Source: an uncultured Synergistaceae bacterium (GTDB lineage Bacteria > Synergistota > Synergistia > Synergistales > 79-D21). From it: a stretch of DNA of 64,000 nt. The stretch's first letter is position 1. Every line of letters begins with the position of its first letter. Both the position numbers and the translations under genes were made by a program. This document shows positions 42,007 to 53,128 of this stretch, piece by piece. The stretch is from contig CAYRNZ010000003.1 of NCBI GenBank assembly GCA_964425765.1, forward strand, positions 1,221 through 65,220. The letters run 5' to 3'. The notes below the pieces were generated by a model, which worked only from the letters and a program-made list of their open reading frames with translations, ran no database searches and had not been told where the DNA came from.

Positions 42007-42708
42007 TCATGAACGGCCGGCAACGACCTCGATTTCCACCAGGGCCCCCTTTGGCAGAGCCGAAACCTCCACGAAGGATCGGGCGGGTGCCTCTTCGTTG
42101 AAATAACGGGCATAGATCTCGTTCACTTTGGAAAACATGCCCATGTCGGTGGAGAAAACAGTCGCTTTCAGGACATCTCTGAAACACAGCCCCTGGGAAG
42201 CAAGGATTGCCCCGATATTCTTGAGGACTTGCTCCGCCTGTGCCGCCGCGTCTCCTTCCACCATGGCCCCCGTTTCGGGGTTGATCGGTATTTGGCCTGA
42301 GAGGAACAAGAGATTCCCGAACCAAACCCCCTGGTTGTAAGGACCTATCGCGGCCGGCGCGGTCGGGGTGGAAACGATCTTCTTCATCTGCCACACATCC
42401 TCTCGAATGGATTTTTCCTCTGCTCTCGATCCTTTCAGAAACCACTCCTGATCCATCCCCAGGCGTTGGTCCTCAAGGATCTTAACGGGGGATTCCCAGT
42501 TTCCCCTGCGGAGCTCTTCCACTGTCACGACTTCAACCAGGAGCAGCCTTCCCGGGTATGCCACCTGTATCCTGTCGGAAACTCGGACTTCCGCCGAGGG
42601 GCGAACGAGCCTCCCGTTCAGCTTCACGGCCCCGAGCTGGATCATCTCCCTGGCTGCCGATCGGCGCCTGACCAGCCTGGCAAGCTTGAGGAAAAGGTCA
42701 ATGCGCAC
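42007..42708 (-). CDS. In-frame S4 RNA-binding domain (Hsp15/RqcP-like) fused to RidA/YjgF-family deaminase
   Basis: This is one open frame with no stop. The N-terminus (M)RIDLFLKLARLVRRRSAAREMIQLGAVKLNGRLVRPSAEVRVSDRI is an S4 domain. The C-terminus MKKIVSTPTAPAAIGPYNQG...SFVEVSALPKGALVEIEVVA is RidA (internal ATG at 42385-42387). My preferred start is the GTG at 42708 (AGAGGAG 5 nt upstream); the track start is the GTG at 42726. Confidence 0.8.
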   Translation of the reverse strand: MRIDLFLKLARLVRRRSAAREMIQLGAVKLNGRLVRPSAEVRVSDRIQVAYPGRLLLVEVVTVEELRRGNWESPVKILEDQRLGMDQEWFLKGSRAEEKSIREDVWQMKKIVSTPTAPAAIGPYNQGVWFGNLLFLSGQIPINPETGAMVEGDAAAQAEQVLKNIGAILASQGLCFRDVLKATVFSTDMGMFSKVNEIYARYFNEEAPARSFVEVSALPKGALVEIEVVAGRS

Positions 42709-42737
42709 GATTGCTCCTCTTGTCACAAATCGTCAGA

Positions 42738-42766
42738 AGTATAGCAAAACCGGCTCTCTGCAACAA
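42738..42766 (-). promoter_or_regulatory. Promoter with extended -10 upstream of the S4-RidA ORF
   Basis: The minus strand reads TTGTTG-(17 nt)-TATACT, and the spacer ends in TGC, giving TGCTATACT. It lies directly downstream of the rpoD stop. Confidence 0.5.
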
Positions 42767-42778
42767 ACATCCCCCCGC

Positions 42779-44014
42779 CTATTCCAGGAAATCCCGCAAT
42801 TTCCTGCTTCGACTCGGGTGTCGGAGTTTCCTGAGGGCCTTGGCCTCGATCTGCCGTATCCGTTCACGAGTCACCCCGAATCGCTTGCCGACTTCTTCGA
42901 GGGTATAGGCATGCCCGTCTTCGAGGCCGAACCGGAGGTGCAGGACTTCTCTCTCCCGGTCCGTCAGGTCGTCGAGCATCTCCTCCAGCTGCTCCCTGAG
43001 AAGCTGTCTCGAAGCGGCGTCCTCGGGGCTCGGCAAATCCTTGTCCTCGAGAAAATCGCCGAGTTGGCTGTCTTCCTCCTCTCCGATCGGCGTCTCGAGC
43101 GATACGGGTTCCTGGGCTATCTTCTGGATCTCTTCCACTTTCTGGGAGGTGATCTCCATCTCCTTCGCGATCTCGTCAGCTCTGGGTTCCCTTCCAAGCC
43201 TCTGCACCAGTTGCCTCGAAACCCGGATGAGCTTGTTGATCGTCTCAACCATGTGGACCGGGATCCGGATCGTCCTGGCCTGGTCGGCTATCGCCCGCGT
43301 TATGGCTTGGCGTATCCACCAGGTCGCATAGGTACTGAACTTGTAGCCCTTGCGGTAGTCGAACTTCTCCACGGCACGGATCAGGCCCAGGTTGCCCTCC
43401 TGGATCAGGTCCAGGAACAGCATCCCGCGGCCTATGTATTTCTTGGCGATGCTCACGACGAGCCGCAAGTTGGCCTCAACCAGCTTCGCCTTGGCCTCGG
43501 CCTCTTCCGCTTCGACGCGCTTGGCAAGCTCGACTTCCTCCTCCGGGGTCAGAAGGGGTATCTTGCCGATTTCACGAAGGTACATCCTGACAGGGTCGGA
43601 GAGAGGAAGGTCCTCCAGGTCCCCCGAATCCTCCGCCGCAGAGACTGTCGTCGGAGCCGGAGGCGTTTCCTCGGGCGTCTCCTCCTTGGCCTTCGTTTCC
43701 TCCATAACGTCGATGCCGAGTTCCATCAGGTTGAAATAGAGATTGTCCAAAGTTTCCGCGTTAAGGTACTCGGAAGGGAGGTGTTTTTCAATATCCTCGT
43801 AGGTAACGAACCCCTTTTCCCGTCCCTCGTGCAGCAAGTCCCGGACATTGTCGATGTATTTCGACATCTCCTCCGGTGCCGTCTCCTGCACCGCTTCCGT
43901 GACAGGTTCAGGCGTTCCCGCAGGGGGCTCAACCTTTTCTACCGGTAATGCCTGCACGAGGTTGCCCTGCGGTTCCTCGACTGGCTTTTCTTTTCCCTTT
44001 GCTTTCTTTGCCAT
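42779..44014 (-). CDS. rpoD: RNA polymerase primary sigma factor (sigma-70/SigA)
   Basis: Region 2 ([56 protein letters not shown]), region 3 and region 4 ([21 protein letters not shown]). The start is ATG at 44014 (9 nt from GGAGGAG) or ATG at 44023 (ATGA overlap with the dnaG stop). Confidence 0.96.
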   Translation of the reverse strand: MAKKAKGKEKPVEEPQGNLVQALPVEKVEPPAGTPEPVTEAVQETAPEEMSKYIDNVRDLLHEGREKGFVTYEDIEKHLPSEYLNAETLDNLYFNLMELGIDVMEETKAKEETPEETPPAPTTVSAAEDSGDLEDLPLSDPVRMYLREIGKIPLLTPEEEVELAKRVEAEEAEAKAKLVEANLRLVVSIAKKYIGRGMLFLDLIQEGNLGLIRAVEKFDYRKGYKFSTYATWWIRQAITRAIADQARTIRIPVHMVETINKLIRVSRQLVQRLGREPRADEIAKEMEITSQKVEEIQKIAQEPVSLETPIGEEEDSQLGDFLEDKDLPSPEDAASRQLLREQLEEMLDDLTDREREVLHLRFGLEDGHAYTLEEVGKRFGVTRERIRQIEAKALRKLRHPSRSRKLRDFLE

Positions 44015-44019
44015 CGCGC

Positions 44020-45759
44020 TCATCTCCTCCCCTTCAGGATCCGGGCCAGGTCGTTCAAACGATTCATGTCATCCCTCGAAGCCAATCCTCTTGTCATTTT
44101 CTCCATGAGGCCCCTGTACTCCTTCTCGGTTATCCTTTTGCCGAGACTCGCCATCACTTTCTGCCATGCTTCCTCCGTTCCGCTGAAGGCCTCGCAGAAA
44201 TCTCCCCCTGAAGAAAGCGCTGAATGGAGAAACCGATCGTTCGTTTCATGCCAGCGCTCCTGCAGGGACATGGGACTTTCTCCGTTCAGCAGGGCCGCCA
44301 CCGCTCCCTGGACCTTGACGTCGGAAACCATGGGAAGAATGGCCTCGGGTGCCGATTCAAGCCTTTTCTCGGCCGATTGCCACAAAAGGAAGAGAAGGGC
44401 CGACTCCAGGGGATCCGGGAAAGAGGGCCGTTCACCACCTGTCCCATTTATAGATACGCCGCCGGGACCTTTTTCCCTCTTTTCTCCATCGGGATCCACC
44501 CTCGCAGTTCTTTGTCGCTTTTCCTCGAGCATGTCCGCAAGCTGGTGCGTAAAGATCCCAAGGGAACCGGCGATAGAAGCCAGGTAGGGAGCCAGGTCCA
44601 GAACGGGGATCTCCGCGAGTCCCTGCAGGATCTCTTCTGTCGCCTTCTTCCTGCCTTGTCCCTCCAAGCCGGCCATCCTCGCGCGGACATGATACAGGGG
44701 GAGAGGTGCCGCTTCTGCGAGTGCCTGGCGGAAGAGGGCCTCCCCGTCCTGAGATGAAAGGAGCTCGTCCGGGTCTTTTCCCCTGGGCAGAGACACGACC
44801 CTCACTTCCAGTCCCTCCTTCTGCAGAAGGGACATCCCCCTGAGGGTCGCCTCCTGTCCGGCGGCGTCGCTGTCATAGCAGATAAGGGCCTGGTCGGCCA
44901 TGCGTTTCAGAAGAGCGGCCTGCTCAGTCGTCAGCGATGTCCCCAGCGTGGCAACGGAATTCCTGAAACCACAGAGGTGGAGCCTGATCGCATCCATGTA
45001 TCCTTCAACGACGACTGCGCACCCACTCTCCCGGATGGCCTGCTTCGCCACAGGCAGGAGGTACAGCAAACTGCGCTTGTTGAAGAGCGGCCCCTCCGGG
45101 CTGTTGATATACTTTGCCCCGTCGCCGGAAAGGATCCTTCCGCCGAATGCCGTCAGCTTGCCGGAGATGTCCCGTATCGGGAACAGGATCCTGCCTCGGA
45201 AACGGTCATAAGCTCCCTTTTGCCCCTCGACGACGAGACCGCACGCTAGCGCATCCTGCGCAGGGACCCCCTTGTTTCGCAGGAAACCCCAGAGGGCATC
45301 CCACGCCTGCGGGGCCCAGCCCAGCTCGAACTGAGCCCAGGCGCCCGAAACGAGTTGCCTACCCTGCAGGTATTTTCGGGCGGGCTCTCCCGAAGGCAGC
45401 GAAAGGTTTTCCCTATAAAAGGACAAGGCCAGTTCCATCACATCCGATAGAGACCTCTTCCCGGGAGCGGCCCTGCGAACCTCCACACCTGCCCTTGCGG
45501 CGAGGACCTCCAGGGTTTCCGGGAAAGAAAGCCCCTCCTTCTCCATCACGAAGGAAAAGACGTCACCCCCGCGTCCGCAGCCATAACAATGGAATGTCTG
45601 TCTTTCAGGGGAAACGTAGAAGGAGGGGGTTTTTTCGGCATGGAAGGGGCAGAGCCCCCGAAGGTTCTTGCCTACCTTCCTCAATGGGACCGAGTCTCCT
45701 ATGAGTTCGGCGATGTCGAGCCTTTGTTTGATCTCGCGGACGGCTTCATCCTGGCTCAT
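44020..45759 (-). CDS. dnaG: DNA primase
   Basis: 579 aa. Zinc finger ([30 protein letters not shown]) and TOPRIM domain ([10 protein letters not shown]...CYDSDAAG). Confidence 0.95.
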   Translation of the reverse strand: MSQDEAVREIKQRLDIAELIGDSVPLRKVGKNLRGLCPFHAEKTPSFYVSPERQTFHCYGCGRGGDVFSFVMEKEGLSFPETLEVLAARAGVEVRRAAPGKRSLSDVMELALSFYRENLSLPSGEPARKYLQGRQLVSGAWAQFELGWAPQAWDALWGFLRNKGVPAQDALACGLVVEGQKGAYDRFRGRILFPIRDISGKLTAFGGRILSGDGAKYINSPEGPLFNKRSLLYLLPVAKQAIRESGCAVVVEGYMDAIRLHLCGFRNSVATLGTSLTTEQAALLKRMADQALICYDSDAAGQEATLRGMSLLQKEGLEVRVVSLPRGKDPDELLSSQDGEALFRQALAEAAPLPLYHVRARMAGLEGQGRKKATEEILQGLAEIPVLDLAPYLASIAGSLGIFTHQLADMLEEKRQRTARVDPDGEKREKGPGGVSINGTGGERPSFPDPLESALLFLLWQSAEKRLESAPEAILPMVSDVKVQGAVAALLNGESPMSLQERWHETNDRFLHSALSSGGDFCEAFSGTEEAWQKVMASLGKRITEKEYRGLMEKMTRGLASRDDMNRLNDLARILKGRR

Positions 45760-45783
45760 CCGGAAGCCTCCTCTCCTGAGAAG

Positions 45784-45810
45784 TCGAGGGGGGCAGTCCG
45801 CCCCCCTCGA
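45784..45810 (-). other. Perfect 11-bp GC-rich hairpin between hppA and dnaG
   Basis: TCGAGGGGGGC-(5 nt)-GCCCCCCTCGA. On the minus strand it is followed by CTTCTC and then the dnaG SD. The U-tract is weak, so its role as a terminator is uncertain. Confidence 0.4.
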
Positions 45811-45862
45811 GCCGCTTCTTAATATCGCGAACGGTACCTTTCGATAATCCAGGCCCCTCCGG

Positions 45863-47824
45863 CTAGATGAACAGGGGCGCCATGACGACTGCGACCACCG
45901 ACATCAGCTTGATGAGGATGTTCAGGCTGGGGCCGGCCGTGTCCTTGAAGGGATCCCCGACCGTATCGCCAACCACCGCCGCGGCATGCGCCGGGGTGCG
46001 TTTCCCGCCGTGATGCCCCTCTTCGATGTATTTCTTGGCGTTGTCCCAGGCCCCTCCGGAATTGGACATGAAGATCGCCAGCATGACGCCCGTGACGATC
46101 GAGCCTCCGAGCATTCCGCCAAGAGCCCCAGCTCCGAGGGTCAAACCGACCGCTACCGGGGCTATGACCGCCATGAGACCGGGGATGATCATCTCCCTGA
46201 GGGCAGCCGCGGTCGAGATGTCGACACACCGTTCGTACTCGGGGCGGCCGGTCCCCTCCATAATGCCCGGGATCTCGCGGAACTGGCGGCGCACCTCGTC
46301 GATCATGTGCTGGGCTGCACGGCCCACCGCCCCGATCGAAAGGGCACCGAAGATGAACGGCAGCAAACCGCCGATGAACAATCCGACCATGACCTTGGGA
46401 TCCCGCAGGTCGATCACTTCGATGCGCGCGGCCTGCGCGTAGGCTACGAAAAGGGCCAGCGCGGTCAGCGCGGCGGATCCGATGGCCAGGCCCTTGCCTA
46501 CCGCAGCCGTCGTATTGCCGACCGCATCGAGCTTGTCGGTGATCTGCCTGATTTCATGCGGCATATGGCTCATCTCGGCGATCCCGCCCGCGTTGTCTGA
46601 GATCGGTCCATAAGCATCGACGCTCAGTACCATGCCCGTTATAGCCAGCATGCCGACCGCTGAGCAGGCAATGCCGTACAGCCCGCCGAAACGCACGCCC
46701 ACCAGGGTTGCGGCGCAGATGAGGAGCACGGGGATGGCAGTGGAGACCATGCCGACCCCAAGGCCGGCAAGGATGTTCGTGGCAGGTCCGGTCAGGGAGG
46801 CATCCGCTATCTGCTTGACATACTTGTAGCTGGAAGAGGTGTAGATCTCGGTGACAAAGCCGATTGCAACACCCGCTATCGTTCCGGCCACGACGGCATA
46901 GAAAAGAGTGAGTTCCCCGAACATCGCCCGCGTCAGGAAAAACGTTCCGACGATGAGGATGGCTCCCGTCGCGTAAGTCCCCCTGCTCAGGGCGGCCTGC
47001 GGATCTCCGTTTTCTCCGACTTTGACGAAGAATGTTCCCAGGATCGATGCCAGGATGCCGAGCGCCGCCAGGAGGAGCGGGTAGACCATCCCTGCGTTGC
47101 CGAATGTAACGATCCCGACCGCCATGGCCGCTATGATCGCGTTGACGTAGGATTCGAAGAGGTCGGCCCCCATGCCCGCGATGTCGCCCACGTTGTCGCC
47201 CACGTTGTCTGCGATGACGGCAGGGTTCCTCGGGTCGTCTTCGGGAATGCCGGCTTCGACTTTTCCGACGAGGTCAGCCCCGACATCGGCGGCTTTCGTG
47301 TAGATCCCTCCCCCGACACGGGCAAAAAGCGCGATGGAGCTCGCCCCGAAGCCGAAACCAACCACAATGTTGGGATCCTTGAAAAGGATCGTGCAGAGTA
47401 GGATGCCGAGTATCCCGATCCCGACAACGTTCATGCCCATCACCGTGCCGCCCGTGAAGGCGACGGTCAGCGCCTGGTTCATCCCTTTTGTCGCGCTGAA
47501 CGCCGTCTTGCCGTTCGCCTTTGTGGCGACGTTCATTCCGAAATATCCGGTCAGGGCACTGCAAAGACCCCCGAGGACAAAGCTGACGGCGGTACCCGTA
47601 TTGATTTTCCAGAGCAAAAGAGCCCCGACTACCACAAGGAACGGAAGGAGAGCCTTGTATTCCCTGTAAAGGAAGGCCAGGGCCCCGCCATGAATGATGT
47701 TCGATAGTTCGTTTATCCTTTCGTTGTCAACCTTGACGGCGTTGATCCTGCCGGTTGCCCAGATTGCGTAAACAAGGGCCATTAGACCGGCAAGCGCCAC
47801 TAACAGAATGACCTGTGTTCCCAT
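45863..47824 (-). CDS. hppA: Membrane-integral K+-dependent-type pyrophosphatase (H+ or Na+ translocating)
   Basis: 653 aa from the ATG at 47822-47824 (AAGGAGG 9 nt upstream). Motifs are [42 protein letters not shown] and [11 protein letters not shown]. The track's extension to 47944 is rejected. Confidence 0.95.
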   Translation of the reverse strand: MGTQVILLVALAGLMALVYAIWATGRINAVKVDNERINELSNIIHGGALAFLYREYKALLPFLVVVGALLLWKINTGTAVSFVLGGLCSALTGYFGMNVATKANGKTAFSATKGMNQALTVAFTGGTVMGMNVVGIGILGILLCTILFKDPNIVVGFGFGASSIALFARVGGGIYTKAADVGADLVGKVEAGIPEDDPRNPAVIADNVGDNVGDIAGMGADLFESYVNAIIAAMAVGIVTFGNAGMVYPLLLAALGILASILGTFFVKVGENGDPQAALSRGTYATGAILIVGTFFLTRAMFGELTLFYAVVAGTIAGVAIGFVTEIYTSSSYKYVKQIADASLTGPATNILAGLGVGMVSTAIPVLLICAATLVGVRFGGLYGIACSAVGMLAITGMVLSVDAYGPISDNAGGIAEMSHMPHEIRQITDKLDAVGNTTAAVGKGLAIGSAALTALALFVAYAQAARIEVIDLRDPKVMVGLFIGGLLPFIFGALSIGAVGRAAQHMIDEVRRQFREIPGIMEGTGRPEYERCVDISTAAALREMIIPGLMAVIAPVAVGLTLGAGALGGMLGGSIVTGVMLAIFMSNSGGAWDNAKKYIEEGHHGGKRTPAHAAAVVGDTVGDPFKDTAGPSLNILIKLMSVVAVVMAPLFI

Positions 47825-47873
47825 CGATGAAACCTCCTTTGGACTATGAAAAATCATATTGGCGTAACAACTT

Positions 47874-47894
47874 GCCCGCCCCGGTAGGGCGGGC
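47874..47894 (-). promoter_or_regulatory. Stem-loop in the hppA 5' leader
   Basis: Minus strand GCCCGCCC-TACCG-GGGCGGGC, a perfect 8-bp stem about 20 nt downstream of the predicted -10 and about 50 nt upstream of the ATG. Confidence 0.45.
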
Positions 47895-47915
47895 ATTGGC
47901 AGAAAAGCGCCCATT

Positions 47916-47945
47916 ATTATAGACATCTTGTGCATCCTGCACAAG
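47916..47945 (-). promoter_or_regulatory. hppA promoter with overlapping inverted-repeat operator
   Basis: The minus strand reads TTGTGC-(17 nt)-TATAAT. The perfect palindrome CTTGTGCA-GGA-TGCACAAG (47927-47945) covers the -35 and the upstream half of the spacer. Confidence 0.6.
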
Positions 47946-47986
47946 GGACTTTTCTCAATCGGTATCCGACGGAAAGCCTCCCGCCT

Positions 47987-48634
47987 TCAAGCCTGGCCTG
48001 GGTTCTTGCCCCCTTTGCGGATGTGGATCGTGATCTCCCTGCCGTCCGTGTGCTTCAAAGCCCGCAGCATACCCTGGATGGATTCCTTCAGGTATAGGGC
48101 CAGGAATGGTTTAAGGAAAACCTCTTTCCCATCCACGTCGAGGCTAAAACGGTCTTCCTCTCCCCCCACTCCTAGGCGCCCGGCGATGAACCTGGCCAGG
48201 TTCTCCTCTTCTCCCGGAAGGAACGACGGGCCTTCACCCCGGCTTCCTTCCCTGACATACCACGCAAGGACTCCCTGAATCCCCTCCGGGCAGGTTTCGG
48301 GTGATCCGACCCAGATGCGGGGCAGAGTTAAGTTTTTGCCCCCTTCCAGGAGAACCAGGTCGACCTCCTGCAACAGGCGGGTGGCCACTCGTTCCGGTCC
48401 CGGCACCTCTTCTTTCGTTTCGGACCTGAGCCCGTCCGGCCCCCAAAGCAGGGAGGGAAAGCCTTCCGACAGGAAGCGCCCCGTGTCGGTTTCCGTCCTC
48501 TCCACGATGTTCTCATGGGTATGCTTGACGAAACCCACCCGGATATTCATCTGGCGCAGGCAGGACGCGAGTTTCAAGCAAAGGGTCGTCTTGCCGGAAT
48601 CCTTGAAGCCACTGACCGCCAGGACTGTCCTCAT
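47987..48634 (-). CDS. mobB: MobB-like P-loop protein with C-terminal extension
   Basis: 215 aa from the ATG at 48632-48634 (ATGA overlap with the permease stop). MRTVLAVSGFKDSGKTTL...VGFVKHTHE...DLVLLEGGK matches MobB. An additional domain of about 60 aa follows (FSLDVDGKEVFLKPFLALYLKESIQGMLRAL). Confidence 0.8.
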   Translation of the reverse strand: MRTVLAVSGFKDSGKTTLCLKLASCLRQMNIRVGFVKHTHENIVERTETDTGRFLSEGFPSLLWGPDGLRSETKEEVPGPERVATRLLQEVDLVLLEGGKNLTLPRIWVGSPETCPEGIQGVLAWYVREGSRGEGPSFLPGEEENLARFIAGRLGVGGEEDRFSLDVDGKEVFLKPFLALYLKESIQGMLRALKHTDGREITIHIRKGGKNPGQA

Positions 48635-49752
48635 GGCTTGGGGGGGGCCGGCTGGCCCGGCTGGCGCAGGTTCAGCCAAATGCGGCGGTAGGCGTCCAGG
48701 CAGAAGAAAAACAGGGTCATGACGAGGGGACCGAGGAAAATCCCGAGGAACCCGAGAGTGGTAAGGCCGCCGACGACTCCGATGAAAACGATAAGGATAT
48801 GGACCTTGCTTCCCTCTGAAATGAAGATCGGCCTCAGGAAATTGTCGACCGTGCTGACGATGGCGAGTCCCCAGAAAGTCAAGGTCAAGGCCGAACCGGC
48901 CTCTCCGGACACCGCCAGGTAAATGGCCCCGGGCACCCAGATCAGGGCTGTGCCGACAAAGGGAATGATCGCGAAGATAAACATGAGGAAACCGAAAAGG
49001 AAAGCGTTAGGCAGGCCGACCCACCACCATCCGACGGCACCGAGGAATCCCTGCACGGCCGCAGTGAACGTGAATCCGTAAACGACGGCCTGCAGCATCT
49101 TCTTTCCCCTCGAAAGCATCTGGTCCGTTTCTTCGACCGAAAGGGGAACGATGTCCCTGATGTACTCGATGATGACATGCCCGTCGCGGACCATGAAGAA
49201 TGTGGCGATAGTGATGACGATCATATGGAACGTCAGGCTGAGGGCTCCTTCAAAGATACCCCGTGAAAGGTTGGCGATCCAGGCAGAAATCCATACCGTG
49301 AATTGCTTAAAAACATCGTTGAACAGGTCGAAGCGGGACAGCAGAGGACGCAGCCGCTCCCTTAGCGCTTCGGGAAGCAGCGTGAAAAGGTAGTTTACGT
49401 CCTGCTGCTGCATTTTCGCGATAAAGGAAGAGAGGCTGGAGTAAATGTTCATGCCCTCATGGGCCAGGTAGATGACGACAAAGGACATGGGAACAAGGAT
49501 CATCGCCAGGACCGCAGCCGTAGTCAACCCAGCGGAGATGTTGCCGAAACGGCCGCGGAACAGCTTTCCGTGTATCAGCTGGAAAAGGGGATAGCTGAAA
49601 AAGGAAAGGATGATCGACCAGGCCAGTGGGCGTAGAAGCGGGAAGGCCAACAGCAGCGCGATCGTCGAAAGAGCCGCGAAGAAAACGACGAAGGGCAGGA
49701 AGGTCCCCCTTGGCCTGTTTTTGACCTGTTCCGTGCTGTCTGCCTCAACCAC
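48631..49752 (-). CDS. AI-2E family (PerM/YdiK-like) transporter
   Basis: 373 aa with about 8 TM segments. Motifs are FFMVRDG, IPFVGTALIWVP and STVDNFLRPIFIS. GTG start with GGAGGAGGAGG 8 nt upstream. Confidence 0.85.
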   Translation of the reverse strand: MVEADSTEQVKNRPRGTFLPFVVFFAALSTIALLLAFPLLRPLAWSIILSFFSYPLFQLIHGKLFRGRFGNISAGLTTAAVLAMILVPMSFVVIYLAHEGMNIYSSLSSFIAKMQQQDVNYLFTLLPEALRERLRPLLSRFDLFNDVFKQFTVWISAWIANLSRGIFEGALSLTFHMIVITIATFFMVRDGHVIIEYIRDIVPLSVEETDQMLSRGKKMLQAVVYGFTFTAAVQGFLGAVGWWWVGLPNAFLFGFLMFIFAIIPFVGTALIWVPGAIYLAVSGEAGSALTLTFWGLAIVSTVDNFLRPIFISEGSKVHILIVFIGVVGGLTTLGFLGIFLGPLVMTLFFFCLDAYRRIWLNLRQPGQPAPPKP

Positions 49753-49773
49753 GGCTTATGCCTCCTCCTCCGG

Positions 49774-51315
49774 TCACTCCCACTCGATTGTCGCCGGCGG
49801 TTTGCTGGTCACGTCGTAAACGACCCTGTTGACTCCCGGGACTTCGTTGCAAATCCTGTTGGCTGCACGGTTCAGGAGGTCAGCCGGCAATCTCGCCCAA
49901 TCCGCCGTCATCGCGTCAAGAGATTCCACCGCACGGAGCGCGATCACTTCCGCGTAGGTCCTGACATCTCCCATCACGCCCACGCTCCTGGTCGGCAACA
50001 AAACGCAGAATGCCTGCCAAAGAGAGTTGTAAAGCCCCATCTTCCGTATTTCGTCGGTGAAGATGGCGTCGGCCTTCCTCAGGGTGTCGAGGCGTTCCGC
50101 CGTAATTTCACCCAGGCAACGGACAGCCAGCCCGGGTCCGGGGAAAGGGTGCCTCTTGAGGATCAGGTCCGGTACGCCGAGCATCCTCCCGATCTCCCGC
50201 CCCTCATCCTTGAAAAGGTCTCTCAACGGTTCCAGGACCTTCAGGGACATCTTCTCGGGAAGCCCCCCCACGTTATGGTGCGTCTTGATGACCGCCGCAC
50301 CTTTTCCCTTGTGCCCGCTTTCGATGATATCCGGGTATAGGGTCCCCTGCAGAAGCCATTTTGCGCCGCCGATTTCCGCCGCTTTTTCCTCGAAAACCCT
50401 GACGAAGAGTTCTCCGATGATTTTCCGTTTCCTTTCGGGCTCGGAAACGCCCCGTAGTCCTTCGAGAAAACGTTCCGTGGCATCGACGAAATGGACCTTC
50501 AGGTTCATCTGGCGATAGACTTCCAGGACCTCTTCCGCTTCCCTAAGCCGCAGCAGGCCGTTGTTCACGAAGATGCAGTCCAGATGGTCCCCGATAGCCC
50601 GGGCCGTCATAACGGCAGCAACGGTGGAGTCCACCCCTCCGGAAAGGCCGCAGACGACACGATCCCCTCCGACTTTTTCCTTTATGGCGAGAATCTCCTG
50701 TTCGGCCCAATCGCTCAGGTTCCAGTCCGCTCGGCAGCCGCAGACCGAAAAGAGGAAATTCCTGAGAATCTCCATTCCCTTCGGCGTGTGGGCTACCTCC
50801 GGGTGGAACTGCAGCGCATAGATCCGGCCCGGCTCGTCGGCGAAACCGGCGATGAGCCCTCCGCCGCTTTCGGCAATAACATGGAATCCAGCAGGTAACG
50901 AAACGACGCTGTCCCAATGGCTCATCCAGACCGACACGATCTTGGGCATTCCCTCAAGGAGGGCGTTGGCAGGTTCCAGTACCTTAACCTCGGCAGGGCC
51001 ATATTCCGCTTGGGGGGCCTGCATGACCACGCCCCCGAGGCGATGGGCAAGAAGCTGCATCCCGTAGCAAATGCCAAGGATGGGAATTCCCGAATGCAGG
51101 ATCGAATCCGGGATCGTTGGCGCGTCCTCTTCCAGGACACTTCTCGGTCCGCCGGATATGATGATCCCGCTCGGCTTGTGCGCCAGGATCGTTTCCGCAG
51201 GGCTATCCCACGGAAGGATCTCGCTGTGTACCGATAGTTCCCTTATGCGCCTCGCGATGAGCTGGGTGTACTGGGAACCGCAATCCAGGATGACGATGTT
51301 CGACTGAGAGGCCAT
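49774..51315 (-). CDS. guaA: GMP synthase (glutamine-hydrolysing)
   Basis: 513 aa. GATase domain (GICYGMQLL, catalytic Cys), PP-loop (GLSGGVDSTV) and C-terminus KPPATIEWE. Confidence 0.97.
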   Translation of the reverse strand: MASQSNIVILDCGSQYTQLIARRIRELSVHSEILPWDSPAETILAHKPSGIIISGGPRSVLEEDAPTIPDSILHSGIPILGICYGMQLLAHRLGGVVMQAPQAEYGPAEVKVLEPANALLEGMPKIVSVWMSHWDSVVSLPAGFHVIAESGGGLIAGFADEPGRIYALQFHPEVAHTPKGMEILRNFLFSVCGCRADWNLSDWAEQEILAIKEKVGGDRVVCGLSGGVDSTVAAVMTARAIGDHLDCIFVNNGLLRLREAEEVLEVYRQMNLKVHFVDATERFLEGLRGVSEPERKRKIIGELFVRVFEEKAAEIGGAKWLLQGTLYPDIIESGHKGKGAAVIKTHHNVGGLPEKMSLKVLEPLRDLFKDEGREIGRMLGVPDLILKRHPFPGPGLAVRCLGEITAERLDTLRKADAIFTDEIRKMGLYNSLWQAFCVLLPTRSVGVMGDVRTYAEVIALRAVESLDAMTADWARLPADLLNRAANRICNEVPGVNRVVYDVTSKPPATIEWE

Positions 51316-51412
51316 GGCGGAGCCCTGGGGGCTTCTCCCCTTTCGGGTTGAAATCGGGTGGGTCGCATTTCGCGATTATCTTAACAGACAAAGACTCTCA
51401 CGGAAAAACACT

Positions 51413-51448
51413 AAAACACAAAAAAGGCCCCCGCTCAAGGCGGGGGCC
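51413..51448 (-). terminator. Rho-independent terminator downstream of groEL
   Basis: Minus strand GGCCCCCGC-CTTGA-GCGGGGGCC followed by TTTTTTGTGTTTT. Confidence 0.85.
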
Positions 51449-51466
51449 CGGACAAATCGCTGGCGA

Positions 51467-53128
<1,662 letters not shown>

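Noticed and set aside
51316-51412. Possible purine riboswitch in the guaA leader, suggested by ATAATCGCG and TTTCAACC resembling parts of the xpt G-box
   Set aside because: The leader downstream of the best -10 candidate is only about 60 nt. The putative P2 and P3 helices are 3-5 bp with tri- or tetraloops (TCGCG-AAA-TGCGA, CCC-GAAA-GGG) rather than 7-bp helices with 7-nt kissing loops. There is no P1 pairing. I treat the resemblance as coincidental; a covariance-model scan would settle it.
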